Assembly (NCBI GenBank): GCA_031414415.1
Contig: JANNVK010000070.1
Coordinates: forward strand, 7,722 to 71,721
Direction of reading: 5' to 3'
Origin: Acidobacteriota bacterium
GTDB lineage: Bacteria > Acidobacteriota > Blastocatellia > Pyrinomonadales > Pyrinomonadaceae
Length of the DNA stretch: 64,000 nucleotides
Shown piece after piece: positions 20,392 through 30,018 of the stretch (position 1 is the stretch's first letter; every line of letters begins with the position of its first letter). The notes under the pieces were generated by a model, which was given only the letters and a program-made list of their open reading frames with translations, did no database searches and was not told where the DNA came from. The position numbers were made by a program, and so were the translations under genes.

Positions 20392-22242
20392 TTAATAGAA
20401 AAATTCGTTTTCCTCTTCATCAAGTTTATCTTCTTCGTCTTTTTTCGGGTCTCTGAGGAATCCTTGAGCGATAAATAATTTGACTGCGATGCGGGCATCT
20501 GATCGCGTAAAACGATCTGAGAGCGAAGATATTCTGCCTAAATCTGCTTTCCCAAGTAGTTGAAACTGTTTGATATATCTAAAAAGTAAAACAGTGTTCC
20601 AAGAATATCCATCAACTTTCAATATGAGTTCGCCTTTCTTAAAAGTTTCGCTTTCCTTGTTGTATTTGCTCAATACGGCAGACGCTTGGACAAAATCGTT
20701 AAGTTGGTCAACAAATGGTTCGAAAAGCCGAAAAGCCTCGGTCGGGTTTATAATCGAGTAACCATTTACCGCTTCCATAACATCGTTTAATTCATCTTCG
20801 TCTTCGGGATTCTCGTTGATTAACGACTTCACATCTTTCATCAAATTCCTTGCTGTTTCGATGTCTTTTTCCGCTCCTTTTTTATGAAAATCAATTGCGA
20901 TGGCTACAAGTTTTTGTATCTGAACACTTTTTTTCGTTATTTTCCCAATCAAACCTTTTGCTTCGTCGAGTTTTCCTTCTTTTGCCGTGCGTGTAATTCT
21001 AGCTGATTCAAAAGCATCGGCGGCACGCTCACGAAACTTATCATCAGGAATTTTTTCAATCAATTGCTTTGCACGAACTTCATCCTCTATTTTCCCGATT
21101 TTATTGAGCAAAGAACTATATGCAGTCGCTTTTTCTGACTCATTAAAGTCACTTATTTTCTCAAGAATTTCCTCAGGCGTGGTGTTCGGATTCCACAGTT
21201 TCTGCCGTTCTTGCATCTTTTTTACTTCGGGAGGAAGATTTTTCATCAATTCTGACTGTCTTTGCTTGAGTAATGCAGATTTTTCCGGCACTAACTTCTC
21301 GAGCATCGGCAATGCTTGGATAAGTCCAATCGAATTGTCAATCGAATTGTTCGGCTTGAGATATGTATCTACAACTTTGTTTGCAATTTGGTTGATTTGG
21401 GAATCGGTAAATTTAAACCGTTTTTCTTTACCGTCTTTTTTTACCTTTGAGTTTGTAGCAAAATTAAGAAAACGAACCGCCGCAGCTAAATCATCACTTT
21501 TTTTCGTCAAATCTGTATCACTAATTTGTTTTGCGATGTCTGACGCTAGTTCCGTCGCTTTCTTTTCATTCTTTCTATTCAGTTTTTGCAGAAGTGGAAG
21601 AACATTCCAAGAAATACCTTTTGAGAGGCTGTCTTTTATCAATTTAATTGCTTTATCCGGATTTTGTTCAGCCGCAAGAACCGCAAATTGCTGTTCGAGG
21701 GCAATTTCATTTCTAACTTTATATTGTTGTGAATCGAAACTAAACATTCCGCCGCCTTGTTTCGATGCCGGTAGCGAGGCTTTTGCCATGCTTGCCGCGA
21801 GTGTTGCTGTGCGAGTTTGCACGAGTAACTCAATCGCCAAATCTGCATCGTGTTTGGCAATTAACGGCAATATCTCATCGCGAATGCTGCCCCATTCATA
21901 AAGTCCGAAATACGGATTATCGCTATCTTTTTTTTCTTTTTCGGCGAGCTGGTTTGAAACAATCAGATCATTTGCAGCGTCTTGGAAAAGTTTTCGAGCT
22001 CTCTTTTCATCTGTCTTCCAAAAAAGATCGCCAGCAATGCCGTAAACCAACGCTCGGTTTTGCGGTAATTTTAAATTTGAAGCATCGCTTACTGATTGAT
22101 CGAGTAAATCGAAAACGAGTTTTTCAAGTTCTTTCTGTTTTTTTTCATTCTCAGATTGAGATTCGGTCGCGGAAGTTTGAGCGAAAACAGCACAACTAAA
22201 TGAAACGAGTATCAAAAAGAACAAAACGCGTGAAACTTTCAT
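20392..22242 (-). CDS. Hypothetical exported helical-repeat protein
   Basis: Signal peptide MKVSRVLFFLILVSFSCAVFAQ. The 616-aa K/E/A-rich sequence has no domain I recognise. Confidence 0.55.
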   Translation of the reverse strand: MKVSRVLFFLILVSFSCAVFAQTSATESQSENEKKQKELEKLVFDLLDQSVSDASNLKLPQNRALVYGIAGDLFWKTDEKRARKLFQDAANDLIVSNQLAEKEKKDSDNPYFGLYEWGSIRDEILPLIAKHDADLAIELLVQTRTATLAASMAKASLPASKQGGGMFSFDSQQYKVRNEIALEQQFAVLAAEQNPDKAIKLIKDSLSKGISWNVLPLLQKLNRKNEKKATELASDIAKQISDTDLTKKSDDLAAAVRFLNFATNSKVKKDGKEKRFKFTDSQINQIANKVVDTYLKPNNSIDNSIGLIQALPMLEKLVPEKSALLKQRQSELMKNLPPEVKKMQERQKLWNPNTTPEEILEKISDFNESEKATAYSSLLNKIGKIEDEVRAKQLIEKIPDDKFRERAADAFESARITRTAKEGKLDEAKGLIGKITKKSVQIQKLVAIAIDFHKKGAEKDIETARNLMKDVKSLINENPEDEDELNDVMEAVNGYSIINPTEAFRLFEPFVDQLNDFVQASAVLSKYNKESETFKKGELILKVDGYSWNTVLLFRYIKQFQLLGKADLGRISSLSDRFTRSDARIAVKLFIAQGFLRDPKKDEEDKLDEEENEFFY

Positions 22243-22407
22243 TTTATAACTCCAAAGGGCGTGAAATTGGTTAACGACAAAACTCTATCATTGAATCCAT
22301 TTTTGATAAAGATAAATTAAAAAAAATCATTGTATTCAGGTAGTTTCAACACTTCATTGCTATAATAAAATCTTAAACTAGGTAGGTTTCACATCAATTT
22401 TGCAATT

Positions 22408-23427
22408 ATGACTGACCGCTACAGCCGACAAATCCTTTTCCAAAACATTGGAAAAACAGGGCAAGAAAAACTCTTAAATTCGCGAGTTTTGCTTGTCGGT
22501 TGTGGTGCGTTAGGAGCCTCGCATGCGGAAATGTTGGCTCGTGCAGGCGTTGGGAAAATTAGAATTGTTGATCGTGATTTTGTCGAATTTTCGAATCTTC
22601 AGCGACAGACTTTGTATTCAGAGAGCGATGCAATTGAGCGTTTGCCAAAAGCGATTGCGGCAAAAAATCGACTTTCGGCTATCAATTCGGAGATTGAAAT
22701 AGAAGCGATTGTTGCGGATATAAATCAGCGAAATATCGAAGATTTAATTGCCGATTGTGATTTGGTGATTGATGGCAGCGATAATTTTCAGGTTCGTTAT
22801 TTGGTCAATGATGCTTGCGTAAAGCATTCAATAAATTGGATTTACGGAGCTGCGGTTTCGAGTTATGGAACTTCTATGACGATTATTCCGAATGAAACGC
22901 CTTGTTTGCGTTGCATATTTGAAGAAATGCCAAACGCCGCAAGTTCGCCGACGTGCGATACTTCCGGCGTAATTCAACCGATTATTTCGAGCATTTCTTC
23001 CGTCCAAATTTCCGAAGCTTTGAAAATTCTGACAGGTAATTTTGACAAACTTCATCATTCGCTGGTTCAGATTGATATTTGGGAAAATGATTGGCGAAAA
23101 ATCAAACTTGGCAAGCCAAATGATGATTGCATTTGTTGTCAACAGCGAAAATTTGAGTTTCTCGATGCCGAAAATACTGAGTTTTTCACGGCACTTTGCG
23201 GACGTGATTCGGTTCAGATTTCTTCGCCGATTCCAACCGAGATTGATCTTAAATCGTTTGCCGTTAAATTAAAAAATCTCGACGAAGTTAAACAAAATGA
23301 ATATCTTGTGAGGTTTATTGCAGATAATTTTGAAGTGACTGTTTTTCGCGATGCGAGAGCAATTATCAAAGGAACTGATGATTTTACAGTCGCGAGATCG
23401 GTTTATGCAAAGTTCATTGGTGCGTAG
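22408..23427 (+). CDS. thiF: ThiF-type E1-like adenylyltransferase (Bacillus ThiF-like, with C-terminal domain)
   Basis: RYSRQ..GQEKL, VGCGALGS, DRDFVEFSNLQRQ, and CxxC pairs (CLRC, CICC). Length and C-terminal extension resemble B. subtilis ThiF as I recall it. Confidence 0.75.
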   Translation: MTDRYSRQILFQNIGKTGQEKLLNSRVLLVGCGALGASHAEMLARAGVGKIRIVDRDFVEFSNLQRQTLYSESDAIERLPKAIAAKNRLSAINSEIEIEAIVADINQRNIEDLIADCDLVIDGSDNFQVRYLVNDACVKHSINWIYGAAVSSYGTSMTIIPNETPCLRCIFEEMPNAASSPTCDTSGVIQPIISSISSVQISEALKILTGNFDKLHHSLVQIDIWENDWRKIKLGKPNDDCICCQQRKFEFLDAENTEFFTALCGRDSVQISSPIPTEIDLKSFAVKLKNLDEVKQNEYLVRFIADNFEVTVFRDARAIIKGTDDFTVARSVYAKFIGA

Positions 23428-23434
23428 TTTTTTT

Positions 23435-23466
23435 ACGCAAAGCCGCAGAGATGCAAAGACGCAAAG
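23435..23466. repeat. Octanucleotide tandem repeat (ACGCAAAG / CCGCAGAG / ATGCAAAG / ACGCAAAG) just 3' of thiF
   Basis: Read directly. A small hairpin (TGCGTA ... TACGCA) spans the TAG stop. Confidence 0.8.
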
Positions 23467-23550
23467 TAAATTTTCATAAAACTTTGAATTGAATTCCGAA
23501 GTTTGTGAAACAATTCACGCAATTTTTCGTTAAAACATAGAGGAAATAAT

Positions 23551-24846
23551 ATGAATCATCTAAAAAGTCATCCGCGAATTGTCATTATCGGTGGCGGATT
23601 TGGCGGATTGCAAGCCGCAAAACAGCTTGGGAATCGACGTGTTGACGTAACCCTGATTGACCGAAAAAATCATCACACATTTCAGCCGTTGCTATATCAA
23701 GTTGCGACGGCGGTTTTGTCGCCAGGCGAAATTGCCTCGCCGATTCGTCGGATTTTGAACAAATTTCGTAATATCGAAGTCGTTTTGGGCGAAGTAATTG
23801 GGTTTGATTTAGAGAAGCAAAACGTTTTGCTCAACGACAATTCGAGCGTTCCTTTTGATTATTTGATAGTTTCAGCCGGAGCGAGACATTCATATTTTGG
23901 TCACGATTCGTGGGAAAATTCAGCTCCTGGTTTGAAGACAATCGAAGACGCTTTGGAGATTCGCCGCCGAGTTTTGTTGGCATTTGAACTCGCCGAAAGG
24001 GAAGCGATTTTAACTGGCGAACATTCTCCGATCAATTTTGTTGTAGTTGGCGGCGGTGCGACAGGCGTTGAACTCGCGGGTGCAATTGCAGGTATTGCAC
24101 GGCAAGCATTGGCGAATGATTTTCGCAATATTGACACGACCAAAGCTCGCGTTTGTCTCTACGAAGGCGGCGAACGAATTCTCAATAGTTTTTCGCCAGA
24201 TCTTTCAGAAATTGCCAGACGAGACCTCGAAGATTTAGGCGTTGAAGTATATCTCAATAGCTTTGTGACCGATTTACAGAGCGGAAAAGTGAAAGTTGAC
24301 GACAAATGGTTTGATTGCGATGTTGTCGTTTGGGCGACCGGCGTGGCGGCATCACATTTGGGCAAAGATTTGAATGTCGAGACTGACAGCAATGGACGTG
24401 TTTTTGTTGAAAAAGACTTATCGATACCAAATCGACCGAATGTTTTTGTCATCGGCGATATGGCTAATTTGTTGCAAGAAAATGGCGTGCAAGTTCCCGG
24501 CGTTGCTCCAGCGGCAACTCAAATGGCTGACTCTGCGGCGAAAAACATCATGCGTGACATTCGCGGCGAACCACGCAAAAGATTCCAATATTGGGACAAA
24601 GGTTCAATGGCGACAATCGGTCGAAACAAAGCAATTGTCGAAGCGGGAAGTTTTAAAATATCAGGATTTATCGCCTGGCTTGCTTGGCTATTTGTTCACG
24701 TTATTGCACTTATCGGATTTAGAAACAGACTTTATGTGATGAGCGAATGGTTCTGGGCATACATTTCTCGCGAACGAAGTGCAAGATTAATAACGGGCGA
24801 TGCGGATGAATTAGAAGATGCAATGAGATTTATGAAGAAGAGTTAA
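23551..24846 (+). CDS. ndh: Type II NADH:quinone oxidoreductase (NDH-2)
   Basis: RIVIIGGGFGGLQAA and VVVGGGATGVELAG dinucleotide-binding motifs, a C-terminal membrane-anchoring helix, and an SD sequence (AGAGGA) upstream. Confidence 0.9.
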   Translation: MNHLKSHPRIVIIGGGFGGLQAAKQLGNRRVDVTLIDRKNHHTFQPLLYQVATAVLSPGEIASPIRRILNKFRNIEVVLGEVIGFDLEKQNVLLNDNSSVPFDYLIVSAGARHSYFGHDSWENSAPGLKTIEDALEIRRRVLLAFELAEREAILTGEHSPINFVVVGGGATGVELAGAIAGIARQALANDFRNIDTTKARVCLYEGGERILNSFSPDLSEIARRDLEDLGVEVYLNSFVTDLQSGKVKVDDKWFDCDVVVWATGVAASHLGKDLNVETDSNGRVFVEKDLSIPNRPNVFVIGDMANLLQENGVQVPGVAPAATQMADSAAKNIMRDIRGEPRKRFQYWDKGSMATIGRNKAIVEAGSFKISGFIAWLAWLFVHVIALIGFRNRLYVMSEWFWAYISRERSARLITGDADELEDAMRFMKKS

Positions 24847-24911
24847 ACGCATTACGAAAATGAGTCGGTGGCTGCGACAGTTGGCACAAAATCACCTCTT
24901 AAACTTAATAA

Positions 24912-25178
24912 ATGAGTCCACTCCGAAAAGTCGATTTAAATAATTTTGTGGAATAAATCTGATAATACAATGTGTTCCAAAGAATATAGATTTAGATGGC
25001 ATAAGTTGTATTTTTGTCGCGTCAGTGACAACTGAATCATTGACAATTTTTCAATTGTCGCAGACGCGACAACGACTTTTTTAAAATTTCCGTGGGTTAA
25101 AACCCACGGCTAAATTCATTGTATCGCAACGCGATACCGGACAAATCCGTTAAATATGGGTTTTTGGAGTGAACTCAT
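24912..25178. other. About 267-bp non-coding element bounded by 18-bp inverted repeats and packed with internal hairpins (MITE-like element or structured RNA)
   Basis: ATGAGTCCACTCCGAAAA (24912-24929) pairs with the reverse complement of TTTTTGGAGTGAACTCAT (25161-25178) at 16/18 positions. Internal stems are 25014-25023/25063-25072 (10 bp), 25042-25048/25053-25059, CCGTGGG-TTAAAA-CCCACGG and GTATCGC-AAC-GCGATAC. Confidence 0.5.
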
Positions 25179-25191
25179 AAATAAAATATCC

Positions 25192-25227
25192 AAAAAAAGA
25201 CCACTTTTTTCAGAGTGGTCTTTTTTG
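25192..25227. terminator. Bidirectional rho-independent terminator
   Basis: AAAAAAAGACCACT-TTTTTCAG-AGTGGTCTTTTTT: a 9-bp stem flanked by an A-run and a T-run, downstream of the minus-strand beta-helix gene. Confidence 0.7.
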
Positions 25228-25295
25228 TCAAGATTTCGAGTTTTGTCAACCTCAAAATCAGCTAAAAATGAAACTGTTTACCTTGCATAAAAGTT

Positions 25296-28200
25296 TCAAA
25301 ATTGGTCGTGAACCCACCATTGACCGTCGGATATGCTATATGGAAATTCGGCTTTCGTTCTCCGATAAGCAGTTGGTCGATCAAACGAGCTGCTCGCGGT
25401 TTTGATTTTTAGCGGAATATCATCATCAGTTACGGTTGGAGTTCGATTGTTCGATCCCCAAGTCATACTTAAACTTCGTGTTCCACAACTAGCAAACGGA
25501 TCTTTAACATGAAACTCCTGTGTGCTTGGACGCCAAATGCCTAGTTGAGTGCAATTGCCACTCAGATATTTACCAGCAACTGGCACATCATCTGCCTGCC
25601 CGAGAGACGAAGAGTAAGCTGTCGTTGGGTTGCGAGGATCAACGATGCTCCAAATTCCAGAGTTATACTGTGCAATTTGATCGTATCCAAAACCTAAAAA
25701 GTCACCTACCTGAATTTTGTCTCCCAGATTCGGACCTCTCTGAATATAAATATGTGGTTGTCCGGAGCGTGGGTTCAATATCCAAATTGTTTGATTACTC
25801 GGGCGATAAACTGCAATCTCATCTTTGTTGCCCGAAACTGAGCCAGATTCATCGATGAAATTACCGACGAACGGAATATCACCCGGAATACCCCAACCCC
25901 AAACGTAGGATGTGGTTGTATTTGGATCGTAAACCCACCATTGTCCAGTTGATGGACGCCAGGTGACAATTTGAGCGAGCGTGCCCGGGAAGAAGTTGCC
26001 AATCAGAGGAACATCGTCAGTTGTGCCCCAATTTACATCTTTAGTAATGCTGGTAGCACTTGGATTCGCTTCCCGAATACGAAACTGAGCCTGCGGATTG
26101 CTAGCAGAGCCTTTACGGTAAATCACGAAGTCTTCACGAGCGGCATTAAAGAAACTTCCTACGAGTGGCTGATATTCCGCTCCGGTTTCTTCTCCACCAA
26201 AGTTAATTGCATCATTCCAAGGAACTGGGCGGCTGCCGCAAGTTACTCTGGTCGGAGTTGGAACTCCAACATAAAGGTTCGGATGTGTATCCAAGAGTCC
26301 GTTAAACGAATTTGAACCTACATTAAAAGTGTCACCGCAATATGTCACTCGACTAAGATTTGCTTCAGACGCTGTGCTCACGTTGAAGGTGCCATACTTA
26401 TTGTTCATGCTGACAAGAAACGTTTTACCGTTGATATTGATGTTTGATGAACTGAAGTTGTTATTTCGAAGCACTAGGTTAGAAAACTGAAGGGAATTGT
26501 AAGGAATGGAATATCCGGGAATACCGTTTACTCCTATGGTCAACGCATTTGTCACGTTTTGCGTGTTTTTTAGTCCAGTCAAATAAACTCCAGCCATTTG
26601 CAACTCAAGACAATCTTTCATTGTATTTGATGTCGCCCGGCACGTAACATTTTGAAGTGAACTGCCGCCTTCCTTTTGATACCAGCCAGTAGCGTATGCA
26701 GAATTGGAGTCAATCGAAAGATTCATCACATTCCAGTTTGAAAGATTCGAAGAATCTAAGCTAGCGGCTGTCATATTATTGACGAACTTGAGGTTTTTCC
26801 AACTAAGTCCATCAGACATTGGATCGTCAACAGATTCCGGAGCGACAACTAAACCTTTGTCGAAACCTTCAAAAGTCAGACCGCTAAAATGCATATCTGA
26901 TGATGCTCCAATCCCAGCACTTCCACCGATGATTGCAAGTCCATTTGTATTCTCACCAATAGTTGTTGTTCTTAACCTGAGGTTGCGAATTACGATTCCA
27001 GATGTTCGATTTGGTGGTGGAACATCGATTTGAAGGAGTGGTGAACCTCGTCCGTCTTCGTTTAAGACAAGCTCTCCTTTATTGACACCAACAAGCTGTC
27101 TGCCACTTGGGATAAAGATTGTCCGATCAATTGGAACGGAGTTTTTAATTAACACAGTTCCGCGATTAGTTTGTGAGTCAAGAAGAAGTTGTAATATCTC
27201 CGAGCATTTTGAGGCATTGTTGCAGTCACTACCAACCTCACTAAACTCAATCGAATTTGAGTAAGGTAGAAATGCTTCCATCGGCATAACACCAGTATTG
27301 AAATGCTCACCGCCGACCTCATTAATATTTGGTAAACCTGGAACACCTGATGGGCAAACTGTGTGAGCTTTGACGAAAGAGTAATCGCCACCTGCGAGGA
27401 AAAAGCTTCCGCGGTTTCTTTCTGTATGTGTGAAAGCCATTCGCCAATCTCCATATCCAATTGGATCATTAGGATTCATGCGAGCTACTGTATCTGTCCG
27501 ATCCCAATGCACATCGCCGCAATCAACAACAGTAGATTGCAAACCTGCTCCAACAAACTCCATACGTCGCTTATCAGGATGGTTTTGCGAAAGTGAAGTC
27601 TGCGGATTCGGTGCCGCAATTATGCCATTTCCGATTAGATAAAGTTTCATGCTTGCGTCCCGAAATTCGCCAGTTGCCACACTATTCTCTAAAACAATTG
27701 GATCGAAGTTTGTTTTCGGTGGAGTTGCTGCACCAATGTTTTCTACAATCAACCCTGTTTTTGTTCCTTCGTAATGAAGTTGTTTGAAATAAAGTCCGCC
27801 GTGTTTCTCGATCTTTACGCAGAATTCAGGTTTATCAACAAACGCAGCAGCACCATCGCCGTTGCAGTTGAGTTGTAAAAATTTAAGTTTTGGATTTTCG
27901 CCGGTATATGACACAGGTGCACCCGCACTTATAATTTCAATTGCTCCTTGATTTTTAATCATGTAGGTAACGTTGAAATTCTGAACGTCCCAATCGTAAG
28001 CATACATCGCATCAATTTTAAGTTGTCTGTTGTTTCCTGCGGTTCTAACTCCTCTCATTTTGATGTCCGATATTGAGTTACCGATGGCGTTGATACCATT
28101 CGTAAAGCCAGTGATTGAAACATTTTCGAAAATAACATCCGAAATATTGCCTCCAGAACTAGCGTTCATCCTCACTCCGGTTGTAATATCAGCCGCAATT

Positions 28201-29006
28201 TGATCAAAAGTACCTGCTTGACTAGCACAGTCACGACCGATAGTTCGTGAAACTAGCCACAAGTCTCTGAAACGCACTCGTTTTTTAGTTCCTATCACTT
28301 CGAACATCGCTTTACCAGTTAGCGATCCGTTTGGTGAAACACATCCAGTGTCTCCCACAGTTACAATGTTGTTCAAATACATTCGGCATCGCCCATGATT
28401 AACGCTTTCCTCAGCACTTTCACCCTGAAGCGAAACATTTGAGGGAATGTTTACCGTATCCCCGATGTTGTAAATACTCTGCTGGTCGTTGGGACCTCCC
28501 GTGCATGGGAAATAGAGCGTTCCACCACCCAACCCTCCAAGGTAAGTAACCGCAGCTTGAATCTCATTTCGATGATTAAAGTTACGGTCAGGACCGTGTG
28601 TTTGAACTCCATTAATTATCCCTCCCATCTTGACTACTCGAGGAGTTTCAACAGACATTTTGATGTCGCTTGAGTCAACCCAAGCACCTTGAGAATCAAA
28701 AGCACGTGCCCGATAAGTGTAGGAATCTTGCCCTAACAGGTTTTCTGTAATCGTTCGTGTTGTATTCGAACCAATAAAGGTTTTATATGCCACATCATTT
28801 CGATAGAAAACAATTTTTGTGAGACTGTTGGCATTCGATGAAACCGTCGCGGTAACCGAAAAAGCGGCGGTCGGTGCCTGCATCGTTGCACCGTTTGGTC
28901 CGCTGATGTTGACGTTAAACTGTGCATAAGAAGCAACATTAAAAACAAAAAGAGCGAAAAATATCGCCATCAAACTATGTAAAAAAACATTTCGACAAAC
29001 TCTCAT
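25296..29006 (-). CDS. Large exported protein: Ig-like domain, two pectate-lyase-superfamily (GH55-like) beta-helix domains, and C-terminal FG-GAP/VCBS-like repeats
   Basis: The ATG at 29006 is preceded by GGAGGG and gives a signal peptide (MRVCRNVFLHSLMAIFFALFVFNVASYAQ). GGGTLYFPCTG..NIPSNVSLQGE is a beta-helix N-cap-like motif. There are 4-5 C-terminal repeats such as DDVPLIGNFFPGTLAQIVTWRPSTGQWWVYDP. Confidence 0.7.
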   Translation of the reverse strand: MRVCRNVFLHSLMAIFFALFVFNVASYAQFNVNISGPNGATMQAPTAAFSVTATVSSNANSLTKIVFYRNDVAYKTFIGSNTTRTITENLLGQDSYTYRARAFDSQGAWVDSSDIKMSVETPRVVKMGGIINGVQTHGPDRNFNHRNEIQAAVTYLGGLGGGTLYFPCTGGPNDQQSIYNIGDTVNIPSNVSLQGESAEESVNHGRCRMYLNNIVTVGDTGCVSPNGSLTGKAMFEVIGTKKRVRFRDLWLVSRTIGRDCASQAGTFDQIAADITTGVRMNASSGGNISDVIFENVSITGFTNGINAIGNSISDIKMRGVRTAGNNRQLKIDAMYAYDWDVQNFNVTYMIKNQGAIEIISAGAPVSYTGENPKLKFLQLNCNGDGAAAFVDKPEFCVKIEKHGGLYFKQLHYEGTKTGLIVENIGAATPPKTNFDPIVLENSVATGEFRDASMKLYLIGNGIIAAPNPQTSLSQNHPDKRRMEFVGAGLQSTVVDCGDVHWDRTDTVARMNPNDPIGYGDWRMAFTHTERNRGSFFLAGGDYSFVKAHTVCPSGVPGLPNINEVGGEHFNTGVMPMEAFLPYSNSIEFSEVGSDCNNASKCSEILQLLLDSQTNRGTVLIKNSVPIDRTIFIPSGRQLVGVNKGELVLNEDGRGSPLLQIDVPPPNRTSGIVIRNLRLRTTTIGENTNGLAIIGGSAGIGASSDMHFSGLTFEGFDKGLVVAPESVDDPMSDGLSWKNLKFVNNMTAASLDSSNLSNWNVMNLSIDSNSAYATGWYQKEGGSSLQNVTCRATSNTMKDCLELQMAGVYLTGLKNTQNVTNALTIGVNGIPGYSIPYNSLQFSNLVLRNNNFSSSNININGKTFLVSMNNKYGTFNVSTASEANLSRVTYCGDTFNVGSNSFNGLLDTHPNLYVGVPTPTRVTCGSRPVPWNDAINFGGEETGAEYQPLVGSFFNAAREDFVIYRKGSASNPQAQFRIREANPSATSITKDVNWGTTDDVPLIGNFFPGTLAQIVTWRPSTGQWWVYDPNTTTSYVWGWGIPGDIPFVGNFIDESGSVSGNKDEIAVYRPSNQTIWILNPRSGQPHIYIQRGPNLGDKIQVGDFLGFGYDQIAQYNSGIWSIVDPRNPTTAYSSSLGQADDVPVAGKYLSGNCTQLGIWRPSTQEFHVKDPFASCGTRSLSMTWGSNNRTPTVTDDDIPLKIKTASSSFDRPTAYRRTKAEFPYSISDGQWWVHDQF

Positions 29007-29349
29007 AATTACCCTCCATTTAACCATTTAACTTTTTTAGAATTTCTCTCGGTCGAACCAAAAACGTCTTTACGGAATTACTAATGTCAATTGTTAAGTC
29101 TCTTAAATCTCTTATTAAATTCCGAATCGTTTTGTGTTACATAATCAATAACCAAACGTGATAACGAACCTTGCTTCTCGTGTTTATTTTTTGACTTTCT
29201 CTCTTGATTGGAGATGTTTTTTGAATTAGTGTATGAGCAAAGCATCGAATTAGTTTTAGCAATCATCAAAATTTGGAAACAATTTTTATACAAATTTTCG
29301 TAAGTTGTCATTTACATATTGACGAGTTTCGGAGAACACGACACAAACT

Positions 29350-30018
29350 TTGGAAAAAAACCAACAAGAATTAAATAGCCCGGAGATTCCTGCCGAGCAA
29401 GAGCAATATTTGTTGGAAACCGTGCCACTAATCAAGCGAATTGTGGGCAGGAAACTTCACCGTTCGTTTATTTCTGCATCAGATGATATTAGCCAAAAAG
29501 TTTTTTTGAAACTTTGGAAGTGGATTTCGAAAAGCAAAAAAGAACTCACTGGCGAGGAATGGCAAAAACTTGCGAACACAGCGACGCAAAACGAAATAAA
29601 GACCTTTTATTCTCATAAATCAAATAAAGAAATCGCTTGTATTGATGACCAAGAAGTGATTTCAAAAAATTCGTTTGGATTAATTGAAGGAGACACGGAG
29701 AAAGAAGTTAATTCTTTGGCGATGAGAGCTTGGGAAGAAATTAAAAAACTTTCGTTGCGTCAAAAATATGCTTTGCTTTTGCAAAAGCAAGAACTTATTT
29801 TATATTTAGTAGCGAGTAAATGTTGCCAAATACAAGAAATTGCTGAGCATTTACAACTATCGAAAGAGAGATTTTTAGAAGTTTACCAACTTTTACCGCT
29901 GCCTGATGAAAAAATTAGTGAGATTTATTTTGAAGCAGCGAAAGAAAAATTAACAACAAAACAAATTTGGGAAGCAAGGAGTAAAGCCCGAACGAAGTTA
30001 CATAATGTGTTGGAATAA
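29350..30018 (+). CDS. ECF-type (group 4-like) sigma-70 family factor, atypical
   Basis: TTG start. Region-2-like DDISQKVFLKLWKW and region-4-like LSLRQKYALLLQ..IQEIAEHLQLSKERF. It is immediately followed by a zf-HC2 anti-sigma-like gene. Confidence 0.6.
   Translation: MEKNQQELNSPEIPAEQEQYLLETVPLIKRIVGRKLHRSFISASDDISQKVFLKLWKWISKSKKELTGEEWQKLANTATQNEIKTFYSHKSNKEIACIDDQEVISKNSFGLIEGDTEKEVNSLAMRAWEEIKKLSLRQKYALLLQKQELILYLVASKCCQIQEIAEHLQLSKERFLEVYQLLPLPDEKISEIYFEAAKEKLTTKQIWEARSKARTKLHNVLE

Noticed and set aside
20987-21901. A 304-aa plus-strand ORF inside the 616-aa minus-strand gene
   Set aside because: It is the Ser/Phe-rich antisense shadow of a K/E/A-rich gene. The minus-strand ORF has a signal peptide and spans the whole interval, so it is the better model.
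22243-22407. Possible TPP riboswitch upstream of thiF
   Set aside because: The conserved THI-box elements (CUGAGA and the ACCUGAUCUGGAUAAUGCCAGCG-like core) are not present in this 165-bp leader.
29087-29311. A 74-aa minus-strand ORF in the sigma / beta-helix divergent region
   Set aside because: It is a low-complexity N/K/S-rich product with no ribosome-binding site or domain. The interval is more plausibly promoter space for the two flanking genes.
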